Part shown: piece after piece, positions 1 to 13,652 of the stretch
Layout: every line of letters begins with the position of its first letter
Position numbering within the stretch: position 1 is the first letter of the stretch
DNA from: Octopus vulgaris
Taxonomy: Eukaryota
DNA length: 64,000 nt
Direction: 5' to 3'
Assembly: GCA_951406725.2 (NCBI GenBank)
Contig: OX597821.1
Coordinates: forward strand, 84,506,001-84,570,000
Notes under the pieces: generated by a model
Told to the model about the DNA's origin: nothing
Database searches by the model: none
What the model saw: the letters and a program-made list of their open reading frames with translations, nothing else
Program-made: the position numbers and the translations under genes

Positions 1-119
1 CCGAAAGGATGAAAGGCAAAGTCGACCTCGGCGGAATTTGAACTCAGAACGTAACGGCAGACGAAATACGTCTAAGCATTTCGCCCGGCGTGTTAACGAT
101 TCTGCCAGCTCTCCGCCTT
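1..119 (-). mobile_element. tRNA-headed SINE, family A (5' part; runs off window start)
   Basis: Reverse complement of the GAGCTGGCAGAA...GAGTTCAAATTCC...GTCGACTTTGCCTTTCATCCTTTCGG element, which recurs at 4616, 4850, 5040, 37130, 52044, 58469 and 61347. Has a Pol III B-box-like GTTCAAAT. Confidence 0.85.
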
Positions 120-121
120 TT

Positions 122-308
122 GAATACACATTGCAATACGTTTACCCCACTCGTTGTGAACTCGTAATTGCACATCTGGTGATACGTGTGCAAAGGAGTT
201 GGTGATGCGTTCCTTCAAATGCTTTATGTCTTTTATCTCTTCGCGATACCCCATGCCTTTCAAATGACCCCAAAGAGAGAAATCAAGAGGGGTCAGATCA
301 GGGGATCT
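122..308 (-). mobile_element. Tc1/mariner-superfamily transposase C-terminal fragment
   Basis: Manual minus-strand translation gives RSPDLTPLDFSLWGHLKGMGYREEIKDIKHLKERITNSF...WGKRIAMCIQ, containing the SPDL motif. Confidence 0.8.
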
Positions 309-381
309 ATAAACTGTTTCTAAATAAATAAAAAAAATTTCCTATGTATGGAGACTTTTGAATCACCCTGTATATTATTTC

Positions 382-384
<3 letters not shown>

Positions 385-436
<52 letters not shown>

Positions 437-598
437 TCACACACACATACACATTCACACACACATACACACACCACGCACGAACACACACACATACACA
501 CTCACTACGTACTCACACACACATACACACTCACTACGTACTCACACACACATACACACTCACTACGTACTCACGCACACGCACACACATACACATGC
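385..598. repeat. (CA)n microsatellite with three embedded ~28-bp CACACATACACACTCACTACGTACTC units
   Basis: Read directly from the sequence. Confidence 0.95.
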
Positions 599-989
599 AA
601 ACTAGCTATAAACTCCCTTCCCACTTTTCTTCTTTCTCTTTCTGTCCCCCTCACCCTATTTTCCCAGCCTTTTCTCCCACCCACCCTATTTCACCTTTTC
701 TTTCTCACACACATACAAATTGCCGGGAGACAACTGCCACTTGCAAACTGGCCCACGGGGTAATGATTCCAAAGCCCAGTCTAAGGGACATAACTCTGAG
801 GGGCCTAAAGGACTGCTTGGCCTTTTCACGTATTTTTCATTTTTCATTTCTGTGTCACTTTTATTTATCACTATTATTAGATAATTTTTGATGATTCACT
901 GTTGGCAACAACCCAAGCTAAGAGGACAATCCACCCCTCCAAACAAAACCAAGTAAGTTTTCCTTTTGTTTCCTTTCCCTTTGCCGACA

Positions 990-3780
990 ACATGGTCATG
1001 TACAGAAAAGGCAGCGTGAATGTACATGGCCAGGGGTCACCTTGGAAGCGGGGGTCCCCTGCTCAACGACCTCAGGGTACTGAATGTCGATGTGGTGGCC
1101 ATTAGTGAAACCAGAATTTCCGACTCAGGACCTCCGACCCATTTCCTATGACTATGATGTGTACGCATCAGCAAGTCATCTGGGAGCGGGAGGCGGAGTC
1201 ACTGTGATGGTTCGGAAAAAATCTGGATCTAGCAATAAGGATGATCTTCCTGGATCCGGAAGGTAAGTCAGTGGTCCTGGATGTGACAGACGGCGAAGAA
1301 CATTCTTTCAAACTGGTTACCGTCTATGACCCGACAGGGACAGAACGACCAGATTTCTTCAAATCTCTGAAAACCTTCCTGGGAACATCCCACTCTTTAG
1401 TGTTAGTGACTGGAATGGAGTTTTAGACGTAAAGTCGGACTGTGTAGGTTTAGCAGACAGGAGAGGAGGGTGCAAAAGCCTCACAAACCTGCTCAAACGA
1501 TTCCAACTGTCTGGCAGGTATCAACTGGATCTCCCGGATGTGCCAGTGTGGAGCTGGTCAAACCGCATCGGGTCATCCAGATGGTATCTAGACACGAAGT
1601 GCCGTAGAGGAGCAGATAAGGATAGCATAGGTTTAAAGTAGTCGACTACACAGACCACAAATTCCCAGTACTGTGAGCCGAGGAGTGGTGGCATTGCTGA
1701 GAAAAGACCCGAACAAGGGGATTGTATTGACAATTTTAGGCCCATAACTCTACTGAATGCAGAGTGCATAATTTTGGCCAAGGTGTTAGGTACGAGGTTG
1801 GCACTTGTCGTCGGGGATCTGGTGGGTGGGTGGTGCAGACATGTGCCATCCCGAAAAGATCCAACCACGACAACCTCCACCTCATACGATACATCATTGA
1901 AAAAGTGGTTAAAGAACCCGGCACAGGTGAGGCTCTGATCAATTTAGATCAGTCTAAAGCTTTCGATAGGGTCGACCATCCATACCTGGCAGCAGTCCTC
2001 AAGACAGCTGGTTTTAGGATGGTATTCAAGGGCTGCAATGCACAGTGACATCTGTTCAGTGGTTAGAGTGAATGGTCATTTCTCAGAGCCGTTCAACATC
2101 ATGTGCTCGATCCCGCAGGTTACCCCCTCTCGTCTCTTTTGTATGTACTAACTCTCAAGCCACTACTAAACAAACTGGAGGCATTGAGAGGTATCCCATG
2201 TGACCCAGGATATGGGAGATGTGTACTGGCATATACCAGTGACGTCACCATAGTGGTGTCAGATCATAAACACATAGAAATGATTGGTATTGCTCTCAGG
2301 GACTACAAGGCAGTTTTAGGAGCGATGATTAACCAGGAAAAATCAGTGGGCTTGTGACTCAGCAGCACCTGAAGAAGCAACTCCATGCCGCCCAACCACG
2401 TGGTTGGGCACTGGACAGAGGAACCGGTTAAATTGCTCGGGTCTGGTTCGGTCCAGACCTCCAGATGGACAAAAACTGGGATGAGGTAACGAGCAGGGTG
2501 TATGCTCTCACCCTGAAATGGGCCAAGAGAAAGCTATCCCTGAAAGGTCAGGCAGAGGTGTGTAATGCATATATCACGTTTGTCTATTATCGCTTGACCA
2601 TCATGCCTTTTCTTGGCCACCCTCTGATTAAGGTGGACCTTATACTCTTCCACTTCTTGTGGAAGGGACAAGTCCTGATGGTCAGGCGGTCTATCTGCTA
2701 CCAACACCTGCTGAGTGGTGGCCTGGGCATGCTATTGTTGATGATGTGCAGATATGAGCTGAGGCTACGACATCTCCAGTACTTCCTTGATGGTGAACAA
2801 GTATGGTCCCCGTTCACCAGACACGTATTTCTACAGCTAGTTTCTTTAACGGAGCTGCAGTCTTGGCTAAAATAGAGACCGAGAGGGAGCATTTGGAAAG
2901 TGGAATGTCTTCAAGCACTCACAGCCCTCAGCCAATTGGACACTGCGATAGTTGGAACGTCCACTTTAACTTTTTTTTAGAGGATTAGTGGAGGGAAAGT
3001 GCAACGATGTGCTTGGGGCAGAACTCGGGTGTCGAAGAAGATCAACTAGCCACTCTTTTCCGAAGAACTTTCGGCCTGGGACCAATGGATAATTTCCAAA
3101 AATCTTTGGCCTGGCAGTGCTACCAGGGAGATTTGCCTATTCGAGATAAACTTTACAGGCACAGAAGTTCCGTCAGCTGAGCATATCCGTGATATGTTCG
3201 TGATGACAAGACGGTCCTATATGCACTTGTCCAGTGCCCAAGCTTTGCTGACCTATGGGTTTATGTCAAACAGCTGCTGTCGCGTGTGGGACGGATCAAC
3301 TGAATCCATCAGGATGATCACCCCACAGCCTTCCTTTAACCGAGAAGGAAAGGCTGTGTTAATATGCTTGGTGGCCATAGTGAAAGAGGTTATATGGTGG
3401 ACGAGAATAAAGGGGCTGAAGACAAACACTTTTCTCTTTGGCCAATCTCTGATCAACTTCTTCAAGTGTCACTTGAAAAGGAAAATAATGGTAAAGAGGA
3501 AATTGTTTTCTAACCAATTTTCTGAAAGGTGGATGAAAATTGCAAGAATGGTGTAGGTGAACGGGCCTGCCCTGAACATGTTTTCTCATGAGCAGCCCTT
3601 AAACGTCTCCACCCTACAGAGGATCACACATTGTTGATTTTTAAAATTTTGTTGATCTTGTTTGCATGCAAAACCCTCACAACAACTCACTCACACACGT
3701 ACACACATACATTCTTTGTTTTGTCCTGTAGTGTCCATAATGTTTTTTCTTAATGTAAACCCTTGTATTTAAAAAAGAAA
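990..3780 (+). mobile_element. Degenerate Tx1/L1-clade LINE ORF2 (APE endonuclease + reverse transcriptase) and 3' UTR
   Basis: Broken ORFs appear in the expected order: GSVNVHG and FKLVTVYDPTG (endonuclease), then RPITLLN, LINLDQSKAFDRVDH, GYPLSSLLY and AYTSDVT (degenerate YADD), then a C-terminal Tx1-like segment. Many stops and frameshifts. Confidence 0.85.
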
Positions 3781-3809
3781 TCATTATTGTCATTATTATT
3801 ATTATTATT

Positions 3810-4538
3810 CAGTAGTTTTATTTTTATAGCGTGCTTTCACTTCACTACCGAGCGCAGTTCTGTGTGCCTTGGGTATGTGCTGTGATTTGTTGTGATGCTC
3901 TGATGGTTATTGTATGGAAAGTGTTCTGCGTAGGATGTGTACAGTGCCTAGTAGTGCAATTTTCTGTATGTTATATGTGTTTGTAAGTCCTGGTGTTTTT
4001 GTTATGTATTTGTCTGAATATTTTTTTATCATGCCTAATGCACCTACTATGATAGGAATTGTTTCTGTTTTCAGATTCCACATTCTAGTTACCTCTATTT
4101 CCAGGTCTTTGTATTTTGAGAGTTTCTCCATTTCTTTTAGAGACACGTTGTCATCAGCCGGTATTGATACATCAATTAGAAAGCATTTTTTTCTTCATGG
4201 TCTCTGACAACTATATCTGGTCTGTTGGCCTTAATTTCTCTATCTGTGTGTATCGGCATATCCCAGAGTATGGTTGCTTTCTCGTTTTCTGTGACCTTTT
4301 CTGGTGTGTGCCTATACCATCTTTTTTCTTTTGTTATTCCATAATGTTGGCATAGCTTCCAATGTATGTAGGTTCCAACTCTGTCATGTCTGTGAATGTA
4401 TTTCTTCTTAGCCAGGACTGGGCAGCTAGAGATAATATGATTTATTGTTTCTTGTCCATCTCCACATATTCTGCAGTTACTTGTAATATTTCTTTTCATT
4501 ACATGTTTTTGGTAATTTCTGGTGGGGAGGCTTTGGTC

Positions 4539-4541
<3 letters not shown>
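3810..4541 (-). mobile_element. 5'-truncated R4/Dong-clade LINE (CCHC knuckle + restriction-like endonuclease)
   Basis: ORFs 4176-4499 (CRICGDGQETINHIISSC...RHD...RPDIVV) and 3907-4146 (EKLSKYKDL...PIIVGALG) are separated by one frameshift. Flanked on both sides by (TAA)n. Confidence 0.85.
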
Positions 4542-4597
<56 letters not shown>

Positions 4598-4615
4598 GTT
4601 ATTATTATTATTATA

Positions 4616-5255
4616 TAAGGCAGTGAGCTGGCAGAATTGTTAGCATCCCGGGCAAAATGCTTAGCGGTATTTCGCCTGTCGCTACATTCTGAGTTCAAAT
4701 TCCACCGAGGTCGACTTTGCCTTTCATCCTTTTGGGGTCGATAAATTAAGTACCTGTTGAACATTGGGATCGATGTAATCAACTCATCTTCATCTCCACC
4801 AAGCTGCCCTCATGGCAAAAATTTGAAATAATAATAATTATTACCATATAAGGTGGCGAGCTGGCAGAATCATTAGTACACTGCTGTGCAACATTTCATC
4901 TGTCCTTATGTTCTGAGTTCAAGGTTAACTTTGCCTTTCATCCTTTTGGGGTCGATATAATTGACTAGTCCCCTCCCCTAAAATTTCAAGCCTTGTGCCT
5001 TTAGTAGAAAGGATTATTATTATTATTATTATTATTAGACCCAGTGAGCTGGCAGGATCGTTAGGATGCTGGATGAAAAAATTAGTGGTATTTTGCCCAT
5101 TGCTATGTTCTGAGTTCAAATTCTTCAGAGGTCAATTTTGCCCTTCATCCTTTAAGGGTTGGTAAAATAAGTACCAGTTGAACATTGGCCTCGATGTAAT
5201 CGACTCATTTCCTTCCACAAAATTGCTGCCTTTGTGGCAAAATTTGAAACCATTA
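4616..5255 (+). mobile_element. Three head-to-tail family A SINE copies separated by (ATT)/(AAT)n tracts
   Basis: GAGCTGGCAG...GAGTTCAA...GCCTTTCATCCTTT begins at ~4616, ~4850 and ~5040. Confidence 0.85.
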
Positions 5256-5267
5256 TTATTATCATCA

Positions 5268-5317
<50 letters not shown>

Positions 5318-5910
5318 ATTTGTAGCGTGAATGGTTGCATTGAAGGAGTGATACTGCAAATGAAAACTTACAAAGATGCCAATTTGAAGCATGACATATC
5401 AAAATTAAAAGAAGAGTGCCATTGTTATTTAGTGAACAATTTTTCGACATCTTGTGTATCTTCAACTGGTTCAAAAAATAAGTTTGTCAATCTATTTCAT
5501 TTTGGTTAATATATAACGGATTGAGGTAACCCCCTCCAGAACATATAGAGCCAAAATTAAAAATTTTAAATATTATTATTATTATTATTATTATTATTGT
5601 CATCATCATCATCATCATCATTATTATACAATATTTCTATGACTTGTGCACCAGTCCAAAAGAATCCCAGTTATACTTTTACTAATCATTCATACTTAAT
5701 TAGTTTTATATTATTGGAAATATATGTGCTTTTTTTGTTTTTCATTAGTTTTCCATTCATCTAACACCTGTTTGTCATAATAGCATGGTTTTATTGAATT
5801 CCTATTATCGATGCATCATATAAAAAGCCAGATACCCTTACTGTCATTAACAGCTATTTTGCCAGAGAATTTTTTTTGAAAGAGCAGAACAAGCAGATAA
5901 TATGTGACAT

Positions 5911-6502
5911 GTCATCATCATCATCATCATTTAACAGTTGTCTTCCATATGGTTTGGTATGGTTTGACAGGAACCAACCAACTAGAGGATTGCGTTGAGC
6001 TCCAATGTCTGTTTTAGCATAGTTTCTATGACTGGGTGTCCCTTGGTAGTGCCAAAAATTTTAGAGAATATATTAGATTCTTTTTTCGTGACACTGGTCT
6101 TGCAAGAGGGTCTTTTGGGGTTTTGTGAGTTGTGTCCTTTCAGATGCTGGTGCCACTTAAAAAACACCCATGTTGGAGCTGTGTAAATGCACTCGTGCCA
6201 GTGCCACTTATAAAATGTACCTGTTGTAATGCTGCATTAATGCACCTGTGCCAGTGTCACTTAAAAAACACCTGTGTCTGGTGCTGCTTTATGGCACTCA
6301 TGCTAGTGCTGAGTAGACACTCCCGTGCCGGTGGGATGTAAAAAGTACCCAGCATACTTTGTTAAGTGGTTGGCATTAGGAAGGGCATCCAGCTGTAGAA
6401 ACCATGACAGCTGGAGTTTGGACAGCTCCCTGCTGACCAGCCCCATGTCAAACCGTCCAACCCATGCATGGAAAGCAAACATTAAATGATGACGATGATG
6501 GT
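5911..6502. mobile_element. Two family B ((GAT)n-tailed) SINE remnants back to back, tails pointing outward
   Basis: (CAT)n tail at 5911 and (GAT)n tail at ~6490; GTTGGCATTAGGAAGGGCATCCAGCTGTAGAAAC core. Confidence 0.7.
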
Positions 6503-7729
6503 AACTCACAGATAACTCACAAGACCAAAATAGGCCCTTAGCTGAGCGGGGGTTGTAGTAGAGATGGGTGTGGCTTTATGTCAGGTGTTGAGAGGCTAAA
6601 ATATAACAGACAGACAAGCACAAGTGTCTTGCTGCAGAAGACAGAGGAGACACTTGGCTTCCTTCATTATGTAAGGGTGGCTGAAAGCAGTTGGAAAGAA
6701 GATCGATAGCAAAGATGAAGTATCAGTGTACTCACAAGATACAAGATGGTAATTATGAGAAAGAATAAAGACAAAGAGTTGGGTTGGATGGGTGGATAAG
6801 TTTTGATTCGAATGTGTGTGAGAAGAGAGTGACAAATGGTTAGGGATGGGTGTTGAGATGAATGTAGTGTATGGAACAAAAAATGGAGGTGAAGTCCATG
6901 GTAAATATCAGAAGAAGATAAAAGAATGGGAATGGCACAGGAAGGAGGAGGAGGTGATAAGTGGCAATATAAGAAGGGAGGAGAGCTGTAGGGTGATCAG
7001 AAAATATGTAGAAGGTGTACTGGGTGAAAGAGAGAGGCCTGGAGCAAGATAGACTGACGTACAGTGACAGAGATGGAAATTAGAGATATGTAGGGATGGT
7101 TATGGTGAGTTGGGGAAAAAATATAGGGGATGAGGCAGTCATTGGTAGATATGTTAGGATAATGAAAATGATAATAACAGGTAACAACAGCCCTAAGATC
7201 CTAAGATGTAACTTATATAGGCACAGAAAATAGTGATCAGTGAAAAATAAGGATAGAATGATATTAAGAACAAGGGATTAATTTTTAAAGGAGAGAGGAG
7301 TGATGAATTTTTGTGGGTGAAAGAAGGTGACTGATAGTATAAATAAGCATGAAATATGGGCTCTCATAGTATTACAGCTGCAGAACAGTGCTACAGAAAA
7401 GTAGAGAGATTGATGTAAAGGATATGAGAGATGGGGAAGGCTTGTCAAGGACGGATTGGGTGCAGGGAAGGGCTCACTGGGTCTACAGACATAAACATAA
7501 TGCTTTTATAACATCACTTTTATTGAGACAGATAAGTCTTGAGCACAGCAAACTGCCTCTATGTGTTTGTGTGTGTGTGCATATATATGTATGTATGTTT
7601 GTTTGTTGTATAAAGAATAAATAGATAGAAAGATAGACACACAAATTAATACACACACAAATATATTTATACATTTTTACAAGGACAAGGTTGACAAACA
7701 ATCCAAGTTTCACAAATCACTGACTCTCT

Positions 7730-8308
7730 CCGTATACACATACATATATACATATACATATATGTACACACACATACATATAGGTACATACATACATGTA
7801 TATGTATGCACATACATACATACAAACATGCATACATACATACATACATACATATGCACATACATACATGCATGCATGCATATGTACATACATACACTCG
7901 AGTATATACACACATGTGTACATACATACACACACACACATGTGGATATACATACATGCATACACATATGCATTCAAACATACATCACAGTGTGCATATT
8001 TAATTAGAAGTTGCTGTTACTTGAATCTTAAGAACAGAGTCCTATGCAACCGATTAACCAAATGAGTAAAATGGGAAAAAAATATTATAGTGTTTATTGT
8101 TAATTGCAAATGCAAAGCAATTATCTTTTCAAAAGATTTTGTATTCCTTCAGCATATATTTATTTCACCTTTCTCACAATTAATACTCCCAAAAGAGACA
8201 GCATGTGCATAAATTCTTCATAAGCATACGGAGAAGTCTCTGGCAGAGTATTAAGTGGCAAAGACAAATACATATCCTTACAATTATTTTATCAGGTTGA
8301 AATATAAT

Positions 8309-8340
<32 letters not shown>

Positions 8341-8455
8341 CGTGCAATGAGGTTATTTACAACTTGTGTCAATAATATCCTTAAGTATAATTCATTAGAT
8401 CTGTAGACAGACAGCCAGACACACATACAAACACACACATACACATGTGTATATA

Positions 8456-8487
<32 letters not shown>

Positions 8488-8573
8488 TCATGAACATATG
8501 TACACAGATGTGTGTGTGTGTGTGTGTGTATGTGTAAATAATATATATATATATATGTATGTACTTATGTATG

Positions 8574-8607
<34 letters not shown>

Positions 8608-8778
8608 TTCATACATACACACACATACATACATCCCTACATACATACATACACACATACATACATACATACATACATACATACATACATACATACATAC
8701 ATACATACATGCATACAAACATACATACATACACACACATACACATACACACACACATACATACATACATACATACAT

Positions 8779-8821
<43 letters not shown>

Positions 8822-8822
8822 T
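7730..8822. repeat. Compound (CATA)n/(CA)n/(TA)n microsatellite blocks (7730-7985, 8420-8822)
   Basis: Read directly from the sequence; these explain the many low-complexity ORFs. Confidence 0.95.
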
Positions 8823-9033
8823 ATTTCCCGGTAGTTGAGTTTCTTGCAGGCTTATAGGGAAGCATTGAGTTGCTTCAGATGTAACAGAATATAGATGTTC
8901 TGCTTTGGTACCCTTTTACCAAACTGAGACGTCTAGATTCTGACTTGAATATATAACAGGGAAGTGGGCTCAGATTAACGTCTCTCAAGGTCATAAAAGT
9001 CTTGAAGGGAAGGGCAATGTCAACGACCTCTTA

Positions 9034-9672
9034 TCTATTTACTCTTTTACTTGTTTCAGTCATGTGACTGTGGCCATGCCGGAGCACCACCTTTAGTAGA
9101 GCAAATCGACCCCAGGACTTATTCTTTGTAAACCTAGTACTTATTCTATTGGTCACTTTTGCTGAACTGCTAAGTTACGGGGATATAAATACACCACCAT
9201 CGGTTGTCAAGCGATGTTGGTGCAGACAAACACAGACACACAAACACATACACACACACACATACATATATATTTTTTTTTTCTCTCCTTGTTTTTTTCT
9301 GTGTATATTTCTGTAGAAGTGCGTAGGCTCGAAATGTAAAAGGCTTTTTCTATTCCTGAGCGCTATACTAATACATCTGTTTGTTTGTACTCCACCTGCC
9401 TTCGTCTTTAGTTCATTTTTGTAAACTTTCCCTTTATATATATATATATATATATATATACATACATACATACATACATACATACATACATACATACATA
9501 CATACATACATACATACATACATACATACGATGGGCTTCTTTCAGTTCCCATCTACCAAATCCTCTCACAAGGCTTTGGTTGCCCCGAGGCTATAGTAGA
9601 AGACACTTGCCCAATGTGCCATGCAGTGGGACTGAACCCGGAACCATGTGGTTTGTAAGCAAGCTACTTAGC
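9034..9672 (-). mobile_element. Family C tRNA-headed SINE with an internal microsatellite, interrupted by a nested element
   Basis: Same element as 14860-15180, 44245-44695 and 57780-58135. Head is GGCTGTGTGGTAAG...GGTTCAGTCCCACTG...GGCACCTTGGGCAAGTG. Confidence 0.85.
9273..9436 (+). mobile_element. Short non-autonomous element with a degenerate hammerhead motif (9306-9343), nested in the SINE microsatellite
   Basis: Homologous to 17996-18200. Motif: tattt CTGTAGA A gtgc-gtag-gctc GAAA TGTA aaagg. Confidence 0.7.
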
Positions 9673-9974
9673 CATTATTTACTGGTGCATGTGAGGGCTG
9701 CTCTGTGACTGATGGGAATTTATCTTCAAACTGGAGACCTCAATCAAAACCTTGCAACAGAGGATTCCACTGAAGTAACCTTGGGCATCAACTTGGGCAA
9801 GTATCTTCTACAAAAGCCCTGGTTTTAACAGTGCATATTTGGACAAGAAAGTTTTCAGTGTGTTAAAGCCTGTAATATAGGTCCAACTTCAGATAGAGGA
9901 CTCAGGGGTGATGTTCAGAGATATCTTTTGGGAAACAAAACTGTATTTTATATGCTGTCAAATACAGTGTCTTT

Positions 9975-10162
9975 TACAAGGGGTGTTGAAAAAATACTGG
10001 CTTTAAGGGTACCACAAAAGGCCTGGTTGAAGGCCCAACTTTCCAAGTTCTCTTACAAGGCTTAGTAAAACTGAAGGACTGTTGCAATACATGTGTGAAT
10101 CTGAGAGGGGAATATGTTGAATACAATCATTATTAACTGATTCTCCTGCATTTTCTTTTACA
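9975..10162 (+). mobile_element. Mariner-derived non-autonomous fragment
   Basis: TACAAGGGGTGTTGAAAA TIR-like start, and a CVNLRGEYVE-like mariner C-terminus near 10090-10125. Confidence 0.5.
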
Positions 10163-10460
10163 TCATCATTTAATGTCCGCTTTCCATGCTAGCATGGGTT
10201 GGACGATTTGGTTGAGGTGTAGCAAACCAGACGGCTGCATCAGGCTCCAATCTGATCTGGCAGAGTTTCTACAGCTGGATGCCCTTCCTAACACCAACCA
10301 CTCCGAGAGTGCTTTTACATGCCACCGGCACGAAGGCCAGTCAGGTAATACTGGCAATGGCCACACTCAAATGGTGTTTTTTTACGTGCCACCTGCACAG
10401 AAGCCAGTCCAGTGGCACTGGCAACGACCTCGCTCAAATGTTTTTTCACGTGCCACCGAA
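10162..10460 (-). mobile_element. Family B SINE copy
   Basis: (CAT)n tail plus GGATGCCCTTCCTAAC core and GTGCCACCGGCAC repeats. Confidence 0.85.
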
Positions 10461-10914
10461 AGCCAAAAACTTTACAGTACCCTCTTGTATAATGACTGCT
10501 TATTTGAACTAAGGCAATAGACTAAATTTCAAATAAAGTTTTCCATTTAGAAACAGTAATGACACTATGAAATGCCTGCCACAGATTAGCAGGATTGCCA
10601 AAATCCTTACCCTCACAGATGTTTTTACCTCTAACTGCTAGATTTTGTCAAGCTGTTACCAGCATCTTTTGATGTTTCTAAGCATTGTGCTCTAAGTTCT
10701 AATACTCCACCCTTTTTTCTGATGCTCTACAAATTATCTCATAACAATTAGGATTGATATTTAAATATAATTAGTTTCCTCTATCTAATGTTTCCATTAG
10801 AAAAATATATCAGAATAACACTATTGTAGGATTTCCTTGTAGGCAGGACCTGCTGATTAGAATGGAGGCAAAACTTGTATTTAATTGTTTTGTGACTGAT
10901 AATGATAGAAATGA

Positions 10915-11512
10915 TAACCATCATCATTATGATTGTCCTCTTCCTCCTCCTCTTCTTCATCCTCCTCCTCCTCCTCCTCATCATTGTCATCACCATCATC
11001 ATCATTGTTATGGCTGTCATTGTCACTGTCATCATCATGATTGTCATCATCATCATCATCATCATCCTTCTTCTCTATCTCTTCTTTCTCCTCCTTATCA
11101 TCATTGTCATTGTTGTTGGTATCATCAAGGTCATCATCATCATTCTTCTCCTCCTTCCTCCTCCTTCTCCTCTTCATTGTCATCATCATCATCATCATAA
11201 TCGTCATCCACATCCTCATCATCATCATCACCATCACAATATTCCTCCTCCTCCTCTCCCCTCCTCCTCCTCCTCCTCATCATCATCGTCATCATCATCA
11301 TAATCGTCATCCATGTCCTCCTCATCATCGTCATTGCTATCATCATCACCATCACGATATTTCTCCTCCTCCTTCTCTTCATTGTCATCATCATTATCAT
11401 CATAATCGTCATCCACATCCTCCTCATCATCACCATCCCGATATTTCTCCTTCTCCTCCTTCTCCCCCCTCCTCCTCCTCCTCCTCCTCCTCATCATCAT
11501 CATCATCATTAT
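10915..11512. repeat. (CAT)/(CCT) trinucleotide low-complexity tract with ~100-bp higher-order units
   Basis: CATCATAATCGTCATCCA(C/T)...CACCATC recurs at ~11192, ~11296 and ~11400. Confidence 0.9.
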
Positions 11513-11719
11513 GCGTCCTCTATCAAATTTCAATGATAAGCATTCAGTCGTTCAGTCAACTGAACTACTTACTCGTTAAATTAAACATGCAAGTGGTTGA
11601 GTATTCCCCAAACACTTGTACTCTTACTCTCTCAAATTCTCAAGTTCAATCCAAATGACAAAATGTGATAAGACTGAACCTTTGAATTACAAGTACAGCA
11701 CTTCTGTTGGAGATGTGTG

Positions 11720-11808
<89 letters not shown>

Positions 11809-11899
11809 TGCACAGAGGTATTTTTATTGTTGGTAAGAAAAGATATGCTATGAAAAGATACCAGGCTCTTTTGAGGAAGTTTGCTGCGATAGACTAGTT

Positions 11900-12340
11900 A
11901 CTTATCCATGAGGAGATTTATTTCTCATTCATTAATTTCTTTATTGCACTTTTGGAGTGGCTAAGGGTGGCTCATGTCGCTTACTCCAGGATCGCTTTCT
12001 TTGAACATTTCAGTAGATAATCTATTTCTCATTGCCTGTCACAATTTGCTTTAAAAAAGGTGCATTTTCATTCCGTTTATAAAGCGAATCACAGATGGAA
12101 ATGCAATCCAAAAGGTTCTTCTCACTCAACTCATGTGGTACCCAAACATCATAGCAATTTGTGTACCCAAGCTTTACCAGGTGCTCATGAATGACGGATT
12201 TTGATAGGTTGAGGCTTTCTGCCTATTCTCGGGTTGTGCAATGCAGGTTACTCTCAATTAATGACTCAATTTGGTCATCATCTGTAGTGGATGGTCTGCC
12301 TGATCACTCTTTATTGATAAGGCTACAATCTCCAGCTTGG
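11900..12340 (-). mobile_element. Degenerate mariner transposase fragment
   Basis: Minus strand reads WVPHELSEKNLLDCISICDSLYKRNENAPFLKQIVTGNEK*, containing WVPHEL and a TGDEKW-like motif. Confidence 0.85.
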
Positions 12341-12599
12341 AACCATTGTAAGATTTTTATTCCCATGATGGTCACTTGATAAGATCGATATTTAAATATC
12401 GATCTTATCCTTATTTATAAATATATATATATATATAAGTCATCATCATCATCATCGTTGTCGTTCAATGCCCACTTTCCATGTTGACATGGGTTGGACG
12501 GTTTGACTGAGGCTTGGCAAGCCAGAGGCTGCACCACGCTCCAATCTGGTCTGGCAAACTTTTTACAGCTGGATTCCCTTCCTAATGCCAACTATTCTG

Positions 12600-13127
12600 A
12601 GAGTATCATTACTCATGTTGATACCCAGGTCCCTCACTGATTTAGGCTCTGGGATTGTCATCTTTTGTGGACCAGTGGACCCTGTAAATTTTATATTCAG
12701 TTTTGGATGCTGGTAGCACAAGGCTTGGAACTTTTCAGCATTAAACTGCATATTATTGTCCTCAGCTCATCTGTAAATTGAGTCCAATTCCTACAGCAAG
12801 TGTGCAACATCGTTGGAGTCCTGACTTTTGTATCGTCTGTGTAGCTAGCAAAGGTGGCTATCCGGACAACTGAGGGCATATCTGAGAGGTCCATTATGAA
12901 AAGCAGTGGTCCCAAGACAGTGCTCTGTGGAACACTGCTCACTGTTTGTGTTTTCTTTGAAGTGGCTCCATTGGTTACTACTGCCTAATTTCAATCTTTC
13001 AGAAAGTCATTGTAACCACTCTCCGAGTTTTCCAGCTATGTTGAGATCATGCAGTTTGTGGCATATCATACCATGATCTACTTTATCAAAAGCTTTTGCA
13101 AAGTCAAGGTATATTATGTCCACACTT
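12600..13127 (-). mobile_element. Degenerate CR1-like LINE reverse transcriptase fragment
   Basis: SSVPQSTVLGPLLF...SYTDDTKV and MQFNAEKFQAL; colinear with 19470-20000. Confidence 0.85.
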
Positions 13128-13134
13128 CATCGTG

Positions 13135-13136
<2 letters not shown>

Positions 13137-13174
<38 letters not shown>

Positions 13175-13402
13175 GTGTGTGTGTGTATATATATGTATGT
13201 GTATATATATATAGATATATACATATATATACATATATATACATATATATATATAGATATATCTGTATATAATATATATATATATATACATGTGTGTGTG
13301 TGTATATATGTATGTGTATATATATATAGATATATACATATATATACATATATATACATATATATATATATATAGATATATCTGTATATATATATATATA
13401 TG

Positions 13403-13462
<60 letters not shown>

Positions 13463-13517
13463 GTATATATATATATTATATATATATACTTATATATATA
13501 TATATATATATATATAT
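13137..13517. repeat. (TA)n compound microsatellite containing a ~120-bp duplication
   Basis: ACATGTGTGTGTG...ATAGATATATCTG block occurs twice (~13171 and ~13288). Confidence 0.9.
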
Positions 13518-13652
13518 GTTAATGCCAGTATGCAAGTAGTCCAACCCATGCCAGCTTGGAAAATAGAATGTTAAATGATGACGATGACGATGATGATGAT
13601 GATCATCATGGTGATATATAGTGTGCATGATATAATGACATATGTTATATGA

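Noticed and set aside
10881-11533. Acidic D/E-rich protein exon
   Set aside because: Trinucleotide slippage tract, open in several frames on both strands, with no linked exons.
307-13574. Many ORFs rich in HT/CV/YI/I/D/H
   Set aside because: They are translations of (CA)n, (CATA)n, (TA)n, (ATT)n and (CAT)n microsatellites, with no domain or splice support.
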